A stretch of DNA of 55,500 nucleotides, counting the filler, from Catajapyx aquilonaris (lineage: Eukaryota), in NCBI GenBank assembly GCA_000934665.2. It is 2 parts of 2 records of this genome, joined end to end, with 100 filler letters (N's around TTAATTAATTAA, not from the genome) between each part and the next. Parts side by side here need not be neighbours in the genome. Positions count along the whole stretch, not along the records: positions 27,814 to 55,500 come from JYFJ02005018.1; 1 more part is not named here. One strand, written 5' to 3'. The notes below the pieces were generated by a model. The model searched no databases and was not told where the DNA came from. It saw only the letters and a list, made by a program, of their open reading frames with translations. Below are positions 51,331 to 55,500 of the stretch, piece after piece. The first letter of the stretch is position 1; each line of letters opens with the position of its first letter. The position numbers and the translations under genes were made by a program.

Positions 51331-54169
51331 TATTTTATTAAATTTTTTCATTTGCAGATGATTGGTTTTATTACATTATTTTAATGTAATACCGGTATTT
51401 ATTATTCGTCGCTTATTTTCTTATTTATTTTATTACAGTTCTATCGGGGGAGAAATGATTGATTGATTATTTATTTTATTGCTTTCACCATTATTTTCAG
51501 AGACGTGCTGTTTCACCTGTCACATTAATTTTGCACGAATACCTTGTATGTAGCCTGCAAAGTAAATGTAAATACTTCATGCAAAAATCGTTTTGGACAG
51601 TTTTCTTAAAAAAATTTGCGAATTTTTTTGTTGTTGTTGCTCCGAAAGATATAGCAGGTATAACCTGGTTGTTGCAATAGCCAATAAAGAATCCCACCCT
51701 CGCCTCTCCTCTCTCCTCCTTGGCTTGATCCAATTTTGCGGATTCGTTCCGCCAAAACGATCCTGGCTAGAGGAGACTTATCGCATTCCACCTGAAGGAC
51801 TGTCGCGATCCGTCACAACAACAAGATACCCCCGGTTGCAGCAGCAGCCTCCTCCGGGCGATGAAATCCATCACGCCCAAAGTCGAATCATGCACTCACA
51901 ATCTGGGAGGGGAAAGGAGGGGAGGGAGAGACACCCTAGAGAGAGAAGCGACGGAAAAAAATATCACCCAAACCTCGGGGAAAAAAATATATAAAAACTA
52001 TGTGACGTCATCAAAAAAGCGATTTTCTTCCTTGCGAAACACTATCCTCCAGGGGGAAAAAAAGCGCTTGCAAAAATATGTATGGAAAAATCCTGGCTCC
52101 GAGGGACATTGTAAAAGTGGATTTCGAGTGACGTCGGAAGTTTTGCCCTAAACTGTCATGGCGACCGGAAAAATGGCGGGCTTTTCAAATTTTGACCCGA
52201 TCTCATCAACTTAAATGGGTCGAATTTTCGTATAGCAGTAACCTAGCAGTAGGACAAAAAAAAAACACCCAAAAACCTTTTAGTGAACAACAAATGGTGC
52301 AATGACCCTCGACAAGTGCAGCAATTGTACCTGCACTTGAAATCTGGGCAAGGACGCGACATTTTTGCGAGCAATTCTACGAGGGAGGGGGGGAGGGGGG
52401 GAAGTGTCTGAACAACATTTTGGCCTGTCTGGCCAAGTTTTCGGGTTGGACGCCGCACCGGATCGGAACTCCAACAATGCAGACTGACAAAAGGGGTGGG
52501 GGTCCGCTTTTCTCCAAAAGACCGCAAGCGATAGATAAGACCTAGTGAGAGGAGGAGGAGGAGGAGGGACAGAGAGGGGATGGGGAGGGGGTGGGGGTAT
52601 CTTCCTAAAAGACTATTTCTGTTTGTGCTCAGGCGGCCTCTTTTGCTAATTCCAGAAGGAGTCAGGCCAAGGCGCTAGCCCCTTGGCGCCACTTTATTTT
52701 TATGTCCCTTGTTTTGCTCATCTCAACCCACCTCCCACCCGCCCAACACACAACCACACCTCCTCACACACATACACACACGCACACTTACACAAACAAG
52801 TTGGCTGGCTCTTCACCCCAACAAAGTCTCTGCCAGATTCCTGGGAAAGTCTATCGATTCCTCTCGACTAGGCATGCTTTGACTCCATTGTTGCCATCCC
52901 TGCTGGACAAAGAAACAAACTTCGCCTTTTATAATAACTTACCGGGTGCCAAAGAAACCTACAGTATAACCAATAACCATGTATGACAAGGATTTACCAC
53001 ATAGTACCATTCCTCACGCTTAGATGGCGCACGCTCCCTCTGCACACTCCCGCCGCCCTCGGGTCGTGCGAGAGATAGCGGTACTAACAGGTCGGACAAA
53101 CATCCGACGGAGAGAATAAGCTTATTAGGAGAAAGGTTCGCGCAGTTTCTGCGATTTGGGCAGTATTGAACGGGTTGTGTTGAAGTGACAGAAGTCGGCA
53201 GACCACCATTAAACCGACGATAATTGTACCGGTGTGCATGATAGGCCCCCTAGGGTTAATACAGGGGGAGGTGAATGGGGAGGTTTGAATTTTTGCGAGC
53301 CGAAGAACAAGGTCGCGCTTTTTTTAATAAAAAAAATTGGAGGCAAACTCGTCCAACAGGCCCTCGCTAATGATGCACAACAATTGCGGCAATCAATGTC
53401 AGAAGCATTATTACGGTTAACGAGAATACGAATTACCGGGCGTAATTTGCATGCAGGTGTCATTACACTGGTAGACAGTCCGGGAGAAATTATTATGGAC
53501 TACACAGAGTCCAAAAAAAACAACCAACAGTCTAATTACTCTAATAAGTTGCTTATTACGTGAAGCTGGTTGCTTCGGTGACTTCGGAAAATGTACAGTT
53601 CAAGATAACGTTCTTGAAAATGTATGACCACTGCTGTGCAATGCAATGGCATGTCGATAGTATACTGTACAGTACCTATTAAAGGACAGTTAGTGCACAG
53701 TGCAATTGCACACAAACTACACACACCTGTTGGACTCCCATGTTAACGTGACCAGCATCTCTTGTTAACATTGGTAGTAATTGTTCGCTTACGAGTCGCA
53801 ATGATGTATACTGGCCTCACACGCACATTGCAATTTGATGGCACTTGTTCGCACATTCCGATACATGCGAATCGAAACTGTTCATGGCATCAATAGTAAT
53901 TACAAACGATTACAATTATTGCACACAATTGCCTACACCACAGGGTGGTCCACAAGTTCAAAAGAGGGAGATTTTGATTATTTCTCTTTCGAACTAAGGG
54001 CACTAATTTTTTTACTTGCCAAAGGTTGCATGCATGATAATTATAATGTCAATAACGTATATATTACTGAAATCGCGCAAGAGTCTGCACAGGTCATGTT
54101 GGGTCGGCCCTCATAAACAAAAACAAATTGACAACGTCGTGAATGTTATATAAGCATTTAAAATTCACC

Positions 54170-54530
54170 TTTGTGCGCAAACATGATCCATAGTTGTTAG
54201 TGTTACAGTTACGGCCCAATAACATCATCTATATTACAGCCCATAAGTGAAGAAGGTTGTGCAAGTTGGTAAAATTGCCCTTTAGCACTCCTGACGAACA
54301 GCTCCGTTGTGCGCAAACAAGTAAAACATTGACATGCATATAGTTGTTATACAGTATATATGCAACTAGCTAACTAGCGCAAGTGTTGCAATATTTGGTA
54401 ATATTACCCGGAGTTTGGTTACATTTGCCAATAACATTATCCAAGATATCGATATTACAACCCATAAAGTGAAGCAGGTTGTGATGCATTGTTTGGTAAA
54501 ATTGCCTGTTGGCCCTCCTGACGAACAGGA
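54170..54530 (+). repeat. Diverged two-copy tandem duplication
   Basis: TTGTGCGCAAACA..ATAGTTGTTA..CCAATAACAT..ATATTACA.CCCATAA.GTGAAG.AGGTTGTG..TTGGTAAAATTGCC..CTCCTGACGAACAG occurs at ~54170-54301 and ~54307-54528. Confidence 0.8.
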
Positions 54531-55500
54531 GTTATCCCAGAGTTAATAGATTGGTTGGCGGCACCAAGCATTATCAAACAACAATTAGCAATGAAAATAA
54601 ACAAGCCGCTAAACCCAAAGTGATTAGGATCAGCTGTTAGTTTCCAGGAGACAAGTTTTACGACTCGTCCGCCACGGGGTGCTGCCATCGTCAATTCCCG
54701 GAGTTGTCAGGGTGGCCAGACGAATCACATCAAATTCCACGACTAGATAAGCGTGTGTGGACATTGAAAGCTCAGCCTTGTACATGACAGGTATACACAC
54801 ACGACCATTAACGCCAACAGAAGATGAAAGATAAGACTATAGGCCCTCAAGAGTAATTGGCACTGGGTACCGGGCTCTACTGTAATCATGGAAAGCAATG
54901 CTGGTTGTACTGTGCAGTACTACAGTGCTGTTATTTTATTTTATTTTTTCGTCGTCGGCGGGCCAATTCAATCATCAGCATAAGGAGAGTGAACTTATAG
55001 TGTCCTTTCCATTGTTGCCACTGTTTGCAAATCGAGTGAGTGACGCAGTCCTGTTCCTCTTCCTGGCGTGAATATGACACGAATGACACATTACTCGTAT
55101 ACGTGTATGGGGATGCCATTTTGAATATGACGTCTTAAGGGGTCAACGGGGACAAATTACGAGAGAGACACGGTTCTGACATGCAGGGCAAGGTCTCCAT
55201 TCGTCTGAGCAGTGGTCGAATTACGCGGAAAAGGCACAAAAACCGAAAGAATCCGTCAGTTGACTCACTTTGAATGAGCACACCCCTGATCTTAATTGAC
55301 ACCCCCCTCCTTAGCAATGGAATATATTTCGTGTGCTGTGAACAAAAACCTTCCTTTGAGTCCATCAGGGACCATTTCCCCAAAATGACTTGCTTCTAAC
55401 ATCATTATTTTACCGAAGTTGTTCCCTGCGTATCCCTTATTGCTATGCTGATGTGTGAGCAGGCAGAAGAGACCGTCCGTCGCTGAGTCGTCCGCGTCGC

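Overview
Animal (most likely invertebrate bilaterian) genomic DNA with short GT-AG introns, in two blocks joined by an artificial 100-nt gap linker (27714-27813). The left block (1-27713) is rich in genes and transposons. It holds a decayed mariner transposase and an unrecognised ~497-aa, 8-exon gene built from tandemly duplicated exon-intron units with a Cys-rich repeat; a nested pair of DNA transposons sits in one of its introns. It also holds a head-to-tail cluster of three intact SLCO/OATP organic-anion transporter genes plus a fourth, internally deleted pseudogene copy. Copies 2-4 share a ~500-nt upstream block ending in a 10-nt start-codon segment (ATG TCY AAC G|gt), and the Kazal-like exon looks homogenised by gene conversion. 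Several MITEs and a V-domain tRNA-SINE are also present. The right block (27814-55500) has no credible coding exon. It looks like a large intron or regulatory intergenic region with minisatellites, AT-rich fold-backs and motif clusters. All gene models were built by eye from splice sites and reading phase; no database searches were run.
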